Source of the DNA: Patescibacteria group bacterium
GTDB taxonomy: Bacteria; Patescibacteriota; Microgenomatia; UBA8517
Direction: 5' to 3'
DNA length: 64,000 nt
Assembly (NCBI GenBank): GCA_041742135.1
Contig: JBGSJG010000004.1
Span: 45,975-109,974, forward strand
This document shows positions 9,832 through 19,202 of the stretch, in pieces (the first letter of the stretch is position 1; each line of letters begins with the position of its first letter). The position numbers and the translations under genes are program-made. The notes under the pieces were generated by a model. The model made no database searches, was not told where the DNA came from, and worked only from the letters and a program-made list of their open reading frames with translations.

Positions 9832-10683
9832 ATGGAAAAGCTCTCGCTTGAAGATTTGGAGAAAAAAGCAGTTGAAGTAAGAAAAGACATAATAAAAATG
9901 CTTCTGGCCGCAGAAAGTGGCCACTCAGCAGGCCCCTTGGGAATGGCAGATATTTTTACCGCCATGTACTTTAACGTAATGAACCATAATCCCGAGGATC
10001 CCAACTGGGAGGATCGAGACAGGCTGTTTTTGTCCGCAGGCCACATTGTTCCGGTTCGATATGTCACAATGGCCCACGCCGGATATTTTCCAAAAGTCTG
10101 GTTAAAAAAACTTAGAAAACTGGGCTCACCTTTGCAGGGACACCCAGAGCGCACTAAGCTTCCCGGACTTGAGTCCACCTCTGGCCCCTTGGGCGAGGGC
10201 TTAGCGCAAGCCGCGGGTTATGCTTATGCCGCGCGAATGGACAATAAACGCTTCCGAGTGTTTTGTGTTTGTAGTGATGGAGAGCATGATGCAGGCAACC
10301 ATTGGGAGGCTGTTTTATTTGCCGGCAAATACAGGCTTTCAAATTTAACTGTCTTTGTTGATCGAAATAATATTCAAATAGACGGACACACCGAAGACAT
10401 CATGCCTCTGGAGCCTTTGGCTGCCAAATACGAGGCTTTCAATTGGCATGTTTTACATATTGATGGCCACAATATAGAAGAGATAATTGACGCAGTAAAC
10501 CATGCTCGGGCGGTTTACGAAAAGCCAACTGTGATTATTGCCCACACTATTCCCGGTAAAGGGGTAAGTTTTATGGAAGGAATGTATGAATGGCACGGCA
10601 AGCCACCTAATGAAGAGGAAGCCAAAAAGGCACTACATGAGTTGAGATCTTTGGGTGGCAAAATTCACGGCGAGCATGAGTGA
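9832..10683 (+). CDS. Transketolase, N-terminal (TPP-binding) subunit
   Basis: SGHSAG, DRLFLSAGH, LQGHP, SDGE..GNHWEA, HTIPGKG. Confidence 0.95.
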   Translation: MEKLSLEDLEKKAVEVRKDIIKMLLAAESGHSAGPLGMADIFTAMYFNVMNHNPEDPNWEDRDRLFLSAGHIVPVRYVTMAHAGYFPKVWLKKLRKLGSPLQGHPERTKLPGLESTSGPLGEGLAQAAGYAYAARMDNKRFRVFCVCSDGEHDAGNHWEAVLFAGKYRLSNLTVFVDRNNIQIDGHTEDIMPLEPLAAKYEAFNWHVLHIDGHNIEEIIDAVNHARAVYEKPTVIIAHTIPGKGVSFMEGMYEWHGKPPNEEEAKKALHELRSLGGKIHGEHE

Positions 10684-11107
10684 CTTTCAGTCGAATAATT
10701 CAAGAAAGATAGTTAAAGTGGCGTTGGCTGTGCTTTTGGCAATCTTGTTTACAATTTCAACTCTACTTTATGCAATCACATTTGCATTCGTTTATGACTT
10801 GCGCAGTGTTTTAATTAATGCAAATTCAACACTTTCAATATTTCTGACGATAATCCCGTTCATGTTGGTCGGGTTTTGGTATTTTGTATTTAGAAAAATT
10901 GTTAATACGCCGAAAAAGTTTGTATTATTTTTGCTGATTCTAGCAGTAGTATTAACTTTTAACAAAGTGGTACTTAATCATAAAAGTGAATGCAATCGCA
11001 TAACAGATACTGGTGCTGAGTTCACGATGGCGCATTATTTGTTTACATTCAGGTGCGGTGATCCGCCACCGGCATCACAGTTTTATCAACCAGATTATTT
11101 ATATTGA
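10676..11107 (+). CDS. Hypothetical membrane protein
   Basis: Three TM segments; ATG overlaps the transketolase N-subunit stop. Confidence 0.65.
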   Translation: MSDFQSNNSRKIVKVALAVLLAILFTISTLLYAITFAFVYDLRSVLINANSTLSIFLTIIPFMLVGFWYFVFRKIVNTPKKFVLFLLILAVVLTFNKVVLNHKSECNRITDTGAEFTMAHYLFTFRCGDPPPASQFYQPDYLY

Positions 11108-11148
11108 TAATAAGAGTGTTATTATCTATGATAGTTACAGGTTAAAGC

Positions 11149-11667
11149 ATGAATGATCCACACAATTACGACAAATTAAACGTAGTCAAAATTATTGTTG
11201 AATCCCCAAATGGGAAGATACTTTTGATTCAAGAGCCTGTAATGAACGAATGGATGCCTGGGCGATGGGGGCTTCCAGGTGGCAGAACCGTCGAAAAGCA
11301 GTCTTTAAAAGATGCTGCACAGGCTAAGATGCAGGAGGATTTGGGCCGACAACTCCCGATAATTGGTCTTTTTAAGATTGAGGAGCTATTAATTGATAGC
11401 CGCACAGTTATGATGTTTATAGTTGTTGCTAAAGCTGACGATGAGTTTGTTCCGGGAGGTAAAGCGTACGCCCATAAATGGGCAGATTGGGCAGAAATCT
11501 CTCAGATGCACATAGAGGAGTTTACCGAGTATTACTCACAGAAGCTTTTCGATCAATTTTTTAATCAACCACGAAATCTTTGTTCAATGGACATAATCGA
11601 AAGTCATACATATTATCTTTTCTCAGGAGAATCTGAATACAAGCGCTGGTGGGGACGCGAAAGTTAA
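11149..11667 (+). CDS. NUDIX-fold hydrolase (degenerate box)
   Basis: GKILLIQE...WGLPGGRTVEKQSLKDAAQAKMQEDLG. Confidence 0.8.
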   Translation: MNDPHNYDKLNVVKIIVESPNGKILLIQEPVMNEWMPGRWGLPGGRTVEKQSLKDAAQAKMQEDLGRQLPIIGLFKIEELLIDSRTVMMFIVVAKADDEFVPGGKAYAHKWADWAEISQMHIEEFTEYYSQKLFDQFFNQPRNLCSMDIIESHTYYLFSGESEYKRWWGRES

Positions 11668-12662
11668 TGTTAAATCGTGAACTTAAACTATCAAGCAAAC
11701 TCTTCGATAAGGACATAGAAAAACTTCCAACCCGTGATGGATATGGACATGGATTAGTCGAAGCAGGCGAGCAAGATGAGCGGGTGGTAGCCTTGTGTGC
11801 GGACTTATCTGACTCAACTCGTACTTCATGGTTTCGAGATAAATATCCTGAAAGATTTATCCAAGTTGGTGTGGCCGAGCAACTTCTGGCGACTGCTGCC
11901 GCGGGAATGGCAGAATACGGCAAAATTCCATTTATCGCGTCATACGCTACTTTTTCTCCGGGAAGAAACTGGGAGCAAATTAGAACTGCAATTGCCCTAA
12001 ACGATGTCCCTGTAAAAATTGCAGGCTGTCATGCTGGAATTTCCGTTGGCCCGGATGGAGCAACTCATCAGGCTTTGGAAGACTTGGCGACAATGCGAGC
12101 CATTCCCAACATGATAGTTGTCTATCCATGTGACGCAATTGAGGCTAAAAAAGCCACGCTTGAGGCAGCTTTTAACGGCAAGCCAACTTACCTTCGCTTT
12201 GCTCGCGAGAAAACAGCGGTGATGAGCACCGAGGAGACGCCTTTTAAAATTGGCAGGGCGGAAGTCTTTTGGGAAGAAACTGATCCTCAAGTGGCAATTG
12301 TTGCTTGCGGCCCATTGGTTTACGAGGCTTTAAAGGCCGCGAAAAAACTTTCGGCAAGTAAAATCGCCTCGGTTGTTATAAATAATCATACGATTAAGCC
12401 AATCGACGAACGGACGATTGTGAAATTCGCAAAGCTTGCCGGAGCAGTTGTTACTGTTGAAGAGCATCAGGTTAATGGAGGACTGGGAGGGGCGGTGTCT
12501 GAAGTGTTGGCCAAAAATTTCCCAGTACCTATGGAATTTGTGGGCATGCAGGACAGTTTTGGGGAATCGGGCGAGCCAGAGGAGCTGCTTAAAAAATTTG
12601 GCATGAAGGCAGATGACATTGTGGAGGCTGCAAAGAGAGTGATACGACGGAGAACTTCTTAA
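11667..12662 (+). CDS. Transketolase, C-terminal subunit
   Basis: QVGVAEQ, GPDGATHQ, TVEEHQVNGGLG. Confidence 0.95.
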   Translation: MLNRELKLSSKLFDKDIEKLPTRDGYGHGLVEAGEQDERVVALCADLSDSTRTSWFRDKYPERFIQVGVAEQLLATAAAGMAEYGKIPFIASYATFSPGRNWEQIRTAIALNDVPVKIAGCHAGISVGPDGATHQALEDLATMRAIPNMIVVYPCDAIEAKKATLEAAFNGKPTYLRFAREKTAVMSTEETPFKIGRAEVFWEETDPQVAIVACGPLVYEALKAAKKLSASKIASVVINNHTIKPIDERTIVKFAKLAGAVVTVEEHQVNGGLGGAVSEVLAKNFPVPMEFVGMQDSFGESGEPEELLKKFGMKADDIVEAAKRVIRRRTS

Positions 12663-12711
12663 TCGGAACAATTTGCTTAGTACTACTGAAAGCTGATACA
12701 AATAACTTGCA

Positions 12712-13614
12712 ATGCTTCTTCGATCAAAATTAAATTCAGGTATAGTTCACCTTTTGGTATTAATAATACCTGTTGTCTTGGCGGTAATTGTGGGTGGCTT
12801 TGCTCTTAGCAGGAACACCAAGACAGATAACAATATTGAGAGTGTGACGCCTAGCCCTGAGGCAACTTTGGAGTCTGGAAATACTTCAACCCCGACCTCT
12901 ACAAGTAAGGCCACAACGTCGCCTACCAAGAAGAGTACTTCTACGCCTAAAGCCTCACCAAAAGCAACAGCAACGAGTTCAAACTCTGGGTCCAGTAATT
13001 CTTACAATCTTTCTGTGGCTACTGGTGCCGTAAAAGTTGCAGTTAAAGCTAGTAGTGGGGTGGTGGTGGGAGATCAGCTAGTAGAAATTATGGCTCAATC
13101 TGGTTCGAAAGTTTTAGTAAACAAATCAAGTGACAAAGATACGCAAGTCGCAAGACAGGGAAGTAACACCGTAACTTTTTCTGCCGTACCCCCCGGGCCG
13201 TACACTGTGCGAGCTCAGTACAAAGGCCAATGGACGGGAAATTATAATGTAAATGTTTCCAGTGGCCAAGAAGCTTATGTTGAAATTGTGGTTGTTGGCG
13301 ATACTCCGACAGCGGCTCCCACCCCAACCCCCAAGCCAAAACCAGAGTGCTTTAACCCCGTAATCTATCCGTCTTCTACGGGGACTGCGCCATATGACGT
13401 TTTGCTTCAGCCAGGAGGATCAGCTGGAAGCTCAGGTGGAATGGTGGGTTACCAGTGGGATTACACGGGAGACGGTTCTTGGGACACAGAAGTTTCACCT
13501 AACGCAATCAATTATACTTATCAAACCGCTGGCACTTATAACGTAAAAATGCGTGTGTTGGGAAGTAACGGAGAGTACAGTAATACCTGCCAGACGACAT
13601 TGACTGTTAATTAG
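12712..13614 (+). CDS. Surface protein with S/T/P linker and C-terminal PKD domain
   Basis: Pilin-like N-terminus SGIVHLL; YQWDYTGDGSWD..YTYQTAGTYNV. Confidence 0.75.
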   Translation: MLLRSKLNSGIVHLLVLIIPVVLAVIVGGFALSRNTKTDNNIESVTPSPEATLESGNTSTPTSTSKATTSPTKKSTSTPKASPKATATSSNSGSSNSYNLSVATGAVKVAVKASSGVVVGDQLVEIMAQSGSKVLVNKSSDKDTQVARQGSNTVTFSAVPPGPYTVRAQYKGQWTGNYNVNVSSGQEAYVEIVVVGDTPTAAPTPTPKPKPECFNPVIYPSSTGTAPYDVLLQPGGSAGSSGGMVGYQWDYTGDGSWDTEVSPNAINYTYQTAGTYNVKMRVLGSNGEYSNTCQTTLTVN

Positions 13615-13642
13615 GATTAAACCTCAGAAGCAAAACGGGTGG

Positions 13643-14674
13643 TTAAAAGAAAGAATACATAAAATCGTCCGGCATATATTCTTCTGAATTCGCTGCCGCG
13701 AGTACTCCAAGACGCTCTTCTTCGGTTTTAATCGACATCCAATTTACCTCGTGTGGACCATGCCCAACCGACTTGTCGTACTCGAAACTCATATTTACTC
13801 TAAAATCAACCGTTTTCGGAATTGTACTGATCACGTCCACTTTAAATTTAGCTGAATCTTCTTCTGCTCCGAATTCTGTGTTTCCCAAGGGCACCCCAGG
13901 AAGTTTTTCCTGATATACAGCAAAGTCATGTCCCTCCTGTTCCGCTGCGCTGAAATTGGGAAGAATATGCTTCGCGCTGTACGGATTTTTATGGTGCCTT
14001 TTGTAGGTATCCAGTGTTGCAATGTCTACTCCAAAGCGGGGAATATAAAGCTCGATTGGATCGGTATTTATTATATCTTCTGTGGAATTTAGGCAAAGAA
14101 CAAACTTTGCCTCAACGCCCGCATCTTTCATGAATGTCACAAATTCTTCCCACCAGACAACGAATTCTTCCCCGTGCCGAATCCCAAACCACTTTTGGAC
14201 CTCTCTTTGATTCGCCTCGTAATTTACCCTTAATCCGGTATCTTTGCCCAACAGTTTCACTCTTTGTGCAAGAACTGCATATTTTCTGAATCTATCTGGA
14301 TCGTGAATGTTGTATCCAAGACTTAGGATTACACTTTTGCCCATCGCTTTTGCTTTATTTATTTCAGCAATATCTGAAGGGTTGGAAAGCTCGTTATCAA
14401 CAAAAAAACCAGCGATTTGGCCCTGTTTGCCAAAGAGTTGAGAATATTCTTCGTAGCGATTGCCGTGGGGCCAATAACCAAAAGCTACCGAGGATGGAGG
14501 AACCACCTCTAACAGTTTTGGTTTTTTATTTCTTACCTCTCTAACGATTTCTGTATATGCGACATGGAGGAATTCTGAGGCAACTGGAGCTCCCACCAAA
14601 GCTCCCGCAGCCGCACCTCCAGACATCTTCAAAAAATCTCTTCTGGACAGCTGCCAATTTGTTTCAATACTCAA
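13643..14674 (-). CDS. Tat-signal GH26-like glycoside hydrolase
   Basis: SRRDFLK Tat motif; LRVNYEAN, VDIATLDTY, GNTEFG resemble GH26 acid/base and nucleophile motifs. Confidence 0.6.
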   Translation of the reverse strand: MSIETNWQLSRRDFLKMSGGAAAGALVGAPVASEFLHVAYTEIVREVRNKKPKLLEVVPPSSVAFGYWPHGNRYEEYSQLFGKQGQIAGFFVDNELSNPSDIAEINKAKAMGKSVILSLGYNIHDPDRFRKYAVLAQRVKLLGKDTGLRVNYEANQREVQKWFGIRHGEEFVVWWEEFVTFMKDAGVEAKFVLCLNSTEDIINTDPIELYIPRFGVDIATLDTYKRHHKNPYSAKHILPNFSAAEQEGHDFAVYQEKLPGVPLGNTEFGAEEDSAKFKVDVISTIPKTVDFRVNMSFEYDKSVGHGPHEVNWMSIKTEEERLGVLAAANSEEYMPDDFMYSFF

Positions 14675-14720
14675 CTATCGTGATTGTATATAGTTACCTC
14701 AATAATATCTATGGTTGAGG

Positions 14721-15062
14721 TCACAGATCGGGAACAGGTGACTCGGTCGGTGTAGGTGTGGGAGTTGGAGTAGGTGATGGAGTTGCCGTGGCTTCGATGA
14801 AAACTCTCGTCGGCCTTTGGTTAAGATAAACCCCAACAGGAATTGCCAAAACCATAACAAGAACTACAACAGCCCCGACGATGGTTTTTATTGGATATTT
14901 TTTCTTAAGCTCCTCTATGGGATTGGCTTCGGGAGGCTCGTGAGAAAGAAGTGAAGACACACCTGACGGATCGGTAGGAATGTTGTGGGGGTTAAAGTAA
15001 TCAGGGGTTTTGCCCGAAGGTTGGCTGGGAGATACAAAAGTATCGTTCATTTCCTTGCCCAT
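14721..15062 (-). CDS. Hypothetical single-TM protein with PT-repeat tail
   Basis: One TM; TPSPTPTPTP. Confidence 0.65.
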   Translation of the reverse strand: MGKEMNDTFVSPSQPSGKTPDYFNPHNIPTDPSGVSSLLSHEPPEANPIEELKKKYPIKTIVGAVVVLVMVLAIPVGVYLNQRPTRVFIEATATPSPTPTPTPTPTESPVPDL

Positions 15063-15088
15063 TATAGCCTAAAATGTTACATTGAAGT

Positions 15089-16084
15089 ATGAGTGAAATC
15101 GCTCTGATTGCCCAAAAACTTGTTAGTGACAATAAGGGAATTTTGGCGGCTGATGAAAGCTTCGGGACGATTGAAAAGCGCTTTGAGAAAATTGGCATTG
15201 AAAATACAGAGGAAAACAGGAGGATTTACCGAGAACTTCTTTTTACCACTCCAAATATTGAAGAGTTTATAAGTGGCGTCATCATGTTTGATGAAACCCT
15301 TCGCCAACACTCGGGCGATGACAGAAGTTTTGTGCAAGTTCTTGCAGACCGCGGCATAATTCCGGGCATAAAAGTGGATCTTGGCAAAGTGCCTCTGGCG
15401 GGCTTTCCCGATGAAGACATCACAGAAGGTATAGATGGGCTCCGGGAACGGCTGGCCGATTACAAAAATCTGGGAGCCAAATTTACCAAATGGCGAGGAG
15501 TCTATAAAATTGGAAGTGGTCTTCCCAGTAAAGCGGCAGTTCATGCAAACTCTCACTTATTGGCCAGATACGCCGCTCTTGCTCAAGAAGCCGGCTTGAC
15601 CCCCATAGTAGAGCCAGAGGTGTTGATGGATGGAGCTCACAACCTCGAGGACTGCGCAAATGTGACAAGGATGGTTTTAGACGCCGTTTTCGAGCAGCTA
15701 ATAATGCACAAAGTTGATCTTACTGGTATTTTACTTAAGCCTAATATGGTTATTCCCGGAGAAGGTGCGACAGATCAGTCCACCCCGGAGGCAATTGCCG
15801 CGGCTACTATAGAAGTATTTAGAACTTCAGTGCCAGCAGATGTGCCGGGAATTGTATTTTTGTCTGGTGGCCAGAGTGCGACTGAAGCTACAAAGAATCT
15901 CTGTGAAATTAACCGCGAGAAAAATAAACACCCTTGGGCATTAAGCTTTTCCTTTGGCCGCGCTTTGCAAAATGATGCCTTAGAAACTTGGCACGGGGAT
16001 GGAAATAATTGGCAAGCTGCTCAAGAAGTTTTTTACAATGCCGCAAAGGCAGATGCCGAGGCCAGAAGGGGAGTGTGCTCATGA
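15089..16084 (+). CDS. fba: Fructose-bisphosphate aldolase class I
   Basis: KGILAADES, GIKVD, KWR, PIVEPEV, LLKPNMV, FLSGGQS, SFGRALQ. Confidence 0.96.
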   Translation: MSEIALIAQKLVSDNKGILAADESFGTIEKRFEKIGIENTEENRRIYRELLFTTPNIEEFISGVIMFDETLRQHSGDDRSFVQVLADRGIIPGIKVDLGKVPLAGFPDEDITEGIDGLRERLADYKNLGAKFTKWRGVYKIGSGLPSKAAVHANSHLLARYAALAQEAGLTPIVEPEVLMDGAHNLEDCANVTRMVLDAVFEQLIMHKVDLTGILLKPNMVIPGEGATDQSTPEAIAAATIEVFRTSVPADVPGIVFLSGGQSATEATKNLCEINREKNKHPWALSFSFGRALQNDALETWHGDGNNWQAAQEVFYNAAKADAEARRGVCS

Positions 16085-17070
16085 ACCAGCTGGTAATTTT
16101 TGGTTCAGCCAGAATTGATGCTTTTTTAACCCTCCCAGATGAAAAGGCGGATACATTTTGTGAACTGGACACCAAAAAATGTGTTCTTCAGCTTTCCTAT
16201 GCCAGTAAAATCCCCATGAAATCGGTTAATTTTCTACTTGGCGGCAATGGTGCCAACGTGGCCGTGGGAACAAAGCGCATGGGAGTTGCCAGCGTCTTGG
16301 CTGCAGAGGTTGGCTTTGGAGTGATGGGAGATTATGCCAAACGGGAGCTGGTCGCGCAAGATGTGGACGTTTCTCACGTTACTCAGACCCCAGACGTTCC
16401 TGCGGGTTTTGGTGCGGTGATTAACTACCAAGGAGAGCGTACAATTTTGTCTTATTATCCACCGGCTGAGCCGCCTTTTCCGGATAATGTTTGCGAAGCC
16501 GAGTGGGCTTATTTAACTTCAGTTGGTGAATCTTTTGAAAAATATTATGAAAAAATTCTTAAATGGGTCAATAACTGCAATCCAAAAATTGCTTTTAACC
16601 CCGGAGGCAGGCAGATTTCTTTAGGCAAAGAGTGGATCGCTCCTTATTTGGCAAAGACAGAGCTTTTATTGGCAAATCGCGAGGAATGCCAAGATATTGT
16701 TGATTTTCATGATAGTTTTGGAAAAGAGAAAGAGCTGATGGGAAAACTCATTGAGACCGGAGTTAAAAAAGTGGTGATTACAGATGGTAGAAATGGCTCT
16801 TTTGGCTATGACGGAGAAAAATATTATCGATTGGGCATCATCCCAGTAGAGGCGATTGAACGAACCGGTGCGGGGGACGCCACAAGTACTGGAATACTCG
16901 CGGCTTTAATAAAAGGCAAGAATCTTGGTGAAGCGATGATGTGGGGAATGCTTAATTCCACTTCTGTAATTGGGTACGTGGGGCCTCAACCGGGACTTTT
17001 GCACGAGCGAGACATTTCAGTCTGGCTTGAGCGGGCAAAAAGTGCAGGAATTGGTGTGGAGGAGTTTTAA
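16081..17070 (+). CDS. PfkB-family carbohydrate kinase
   Basis: GGNGANVA, ITDGRNGS, ERTGAGDA; start ATG 16081. Confidence 0.92.
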   Translation: MNQLVIFGSARIDAFLTLPDEKADTFCELDTKKCVLQLSYASKIPMKSVNFLLGGNGANVAVGTKRMGVASVLAAEVGFGVMGDYAKRELVAQDVDVSHVTQTPDVPAGFGAVINYQGERTILSYYPPAEPPFPDNVCEAEWAYLTSVGESFEKYYEKILKWVNNCNPKIAFNPGGRQISLGKEWIAPYLAKTELLLANREECQDIVDFHDSFGKEKELMGKLIETGVKKVVITDGRNGSFGYDGEKYYRLGIIPVEAIERTGAGDATSTGILAALIKGKNLGEAMMWGMLNSTSVIGYVGPQPGLLHERDISVWLERAKSAGIGVEEF

Positions 17071-17651
17071 TTTATAAGCTGAAAAGTATCCAACATGTGT
17101 GTGAAGGCTGCTTCTTCTCTAGCTAATTCCTCTTCTGATATGGGATCCTCATTTTGAGGAATATATTCTTTCCTATATGTAAAGCTATACATATTATTTC
17201 CGTTAAGTATGTGAATAGTTCTTTCCTTTTCGTTATCCCTCGTAAGTGCTTGGTAGTTTTTAAAGGGATAGACTTTAAAATTTTCATTCCTAGAAATAGC
17301 ATCAAACGTATCTGCCTTTCCAATTATGAAGTTGAATACAAAAGCAGAGCTTGAATTATTTTTAAAACGTAGATTGGTGTGAAATCCAATGCTAGTTTCT
17401 GAAGGAAGTGCAGACACTCAATCTGGGAATTCAAAACTTATATTATATTTATTACTGGTCACTATTTTGTAATTGTTCTCAACAGGCGTAATAGTAAAAG
17501 ACTCATCGCGATAAACCGTTGAGGCAGGTGTTTGTTGCACCTCTTCTTTAGTGTTGTTAATGTTTGGTCTAAAGATAAATGCAGCTATTCCAATTACGGC
17601 AATAAGTACAATTAGCAGAATTACTTGAATGAATCCTTTAGTGTTTGTCAT
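17067..17651 (-). pseudogene. Pilin-signal secreted protein interrupted by an in-frame TGA at 17418-17420
   Basis: ORFs 17418..17651 and 17067..17417 are contiguous and in one frame (SFEFPD*VSA); KGFIQVIL class III signal. Confidence 0.65.
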
Positions 17652-17687
17652 CTTTCATAATCTTATCATTTTTGTTAGAGTTTAGTT

Positions 17688-18674
17688 ATGAAGGTGTTTG
17701 TAAGTCGCAAAATCCCCGGAGAAACGCTAAAGCGTCTTTTTGATTCAGGGCATGAAGTGCATGTGTCAGAGTTTGATCGGCCACTGACCTCCGAGGAATT
17801 TTTGGAAGGAGCTCGTGGGTGTGATGCTGTGCTGTCTTTATTGTCGGACAAAATCGATGGGGAAGTAATTGATGCGATTGGGCCGCAGCTAAAAATTGTA
17901 AGTAACTATGCCGTGGGCTTTGACAATATAAAAGTTCCAGAGCTGACTGAAAAAGGCGTGGTTGTGGCAAATACTCCAAGCGATGAAGTCAATGAGTCAG
18001 TTGCCGAGCACGCTTGGGCGCTGATGTTGGCCTTGGCTCGAAGGATTGTTGAAGCAGATGAATCAACTCGAAGGGGAGCGTATAAAGGCTGGGAACCCGG
18101 GATTTTTTTGGGAGTAAATATGATCGGCAAGACTCTGGGAATTGTGGGTATGGGAAGAATCGGAGAAATGACGGCGCGGCGTGCTAAGGGATTTAGTATG
18201 CGAGTGTTATATAACAAAAGAACCCCTGATCCGCGTGCGGAGGCGGAACTCGGGGTGGAGTTTGCTGATCTTGACCGCCTTTATGCAGAGAGTGATTTTA
18301 TTTCTTTGCATGTTCCACTGACGGATGAAACCCGCCATATGATAAACCGCGATTCTATAGGAAAAATGAAGCAAGGTGTGATTATTGTTAACACTGCTCG
18401 AGGGCCTGTGATTGATGAGGGAGATTTAGTGGATGCAATTCGTGCTGGAAAAGTAGGAGGGGCGGGGTTGGATGTTTTTGATAACGAACCAAACATTAAT
18501 CCAGAACTTGTTGCGATGGAGAATGTGATTTTAACGCCTCACATTGCAAGCGCTACTTGGGAGGCTAGAAACAAAATGGGAGAAATGGCAGTGGGAGCAA
18601 TACTTGATACTCTTTCGGGAAATAAACCTTCAAATATTGTAAACGAAGAGGTGTGGGACAGAAGGAGACAGTAA
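17688..18674 (+). CDS. D-2-hydroxyacid dehydrogenase (glyoxylate/D-glycerate reductase family)
   Basis: GIVGMGRIG, NTARG, LDVF..EP, TPHIAS. Confidence 0.93.
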   Translation: MKVFVSRKIPGETLKRLFDSGHEVHVSEFDRPLTSEEFLEGARGCDAVLSLLSDKIDGEVIDAIGPQLKIVSNYAVGFDNIKVPELTEKGVVVANTPSDEVNESVAEHAWALMLALARRIVEADESTRRGAYKGWEPGIFLGVNMIGKTLGIVGMGRIGEMTARRAKGFSMRVLYNKRTPDPRAEAELGVEFADLDRLYAESDFISLHVPLTDETRHMINRDSIGKMKQGVIIVNTARGPVIDEGDLVDAIRAGKVGGAGLDVFDNEPNINPELVAMENVILTPHIASATWEARNKMGEMAVGAILDTLSGNKPSNIVNEEVWDRRRQ

Positions 18675-19169
18675 CTATCTTCTTGCCTCAATAACCTCTT
18701 TTTGTTCGCCTTCGGCTCGCACCACAACTCTCCTTGTTTTTGTGTCTTCAAATACAGTATAACCCGTATTTACTGGTTTTCCGTTGGGATCAACTGGAAG
18801 TGACTCAAGGTATTTGGGTACGAGCCATTGTGCCAAGTTGTAGCAGGGGGCGGAGGAACCAACGCAGGTTTCTTTTGAGGGAAAACCTGGGGGAAGCTCT
18901 CCGTCGTTTTCGCTAGCATACTGATAAATAGCACTCCCGATAGCGATTACGTCAGACTGCCTTTGTGTATCTCTTGCTTTTTGGAATTGTTCGCCCGGAT
19001 TGACACTTACAAGTACGCTTGAAGCCATAAAACCCGCAAATGCGATAACGCCAACAAGCACCACTAGAAATACTACTAAACCCCCAAGCAAGAACCATTT
19101 TAGTTTGTTGGACTTTTTTGGAAGCTCAGGAGTAGGTGCCTGGGGTCCTATAAAATTTGTGGGTTCCAT
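18675..19169 (-). CDS. Type IV pilin-like membrane protein
   Basis: TM followed by QKARDTQRQSDV..I..AIYQY and LVPKYLESLPVDP. Confidence 0.7.
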   Translation of the reverse strand: MEPTNFIGPQAPTPELPKKSNKLKWFLLGGLVVFLVVLVGVIAFAGFMASSVLVSVNPGEQFQKARDTQRQSDVIAIGSAIYQYASENDGELPPGFPSKETCVGSSAPCYNLAQWLVPKYLESLPVDPNGKPVNTGYTVFEDTKTRRVVVRAEGEQKEVIEARR

Positions 19170-19202
19170 AATTTATTATCTCATAAAGCATATGACAAAA
19201 GT

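Noticed and set aside
12850-14800. PT/ST-rich low-complexity repeats
   Set aside because: Ordinary protein linkers, not DNA repeat arrays.
17418-17420. UGA recoding (genetic code 25)
   Set aside because: TGA is the real stop of pgk, gap, rpe, nrdR and others in this window.
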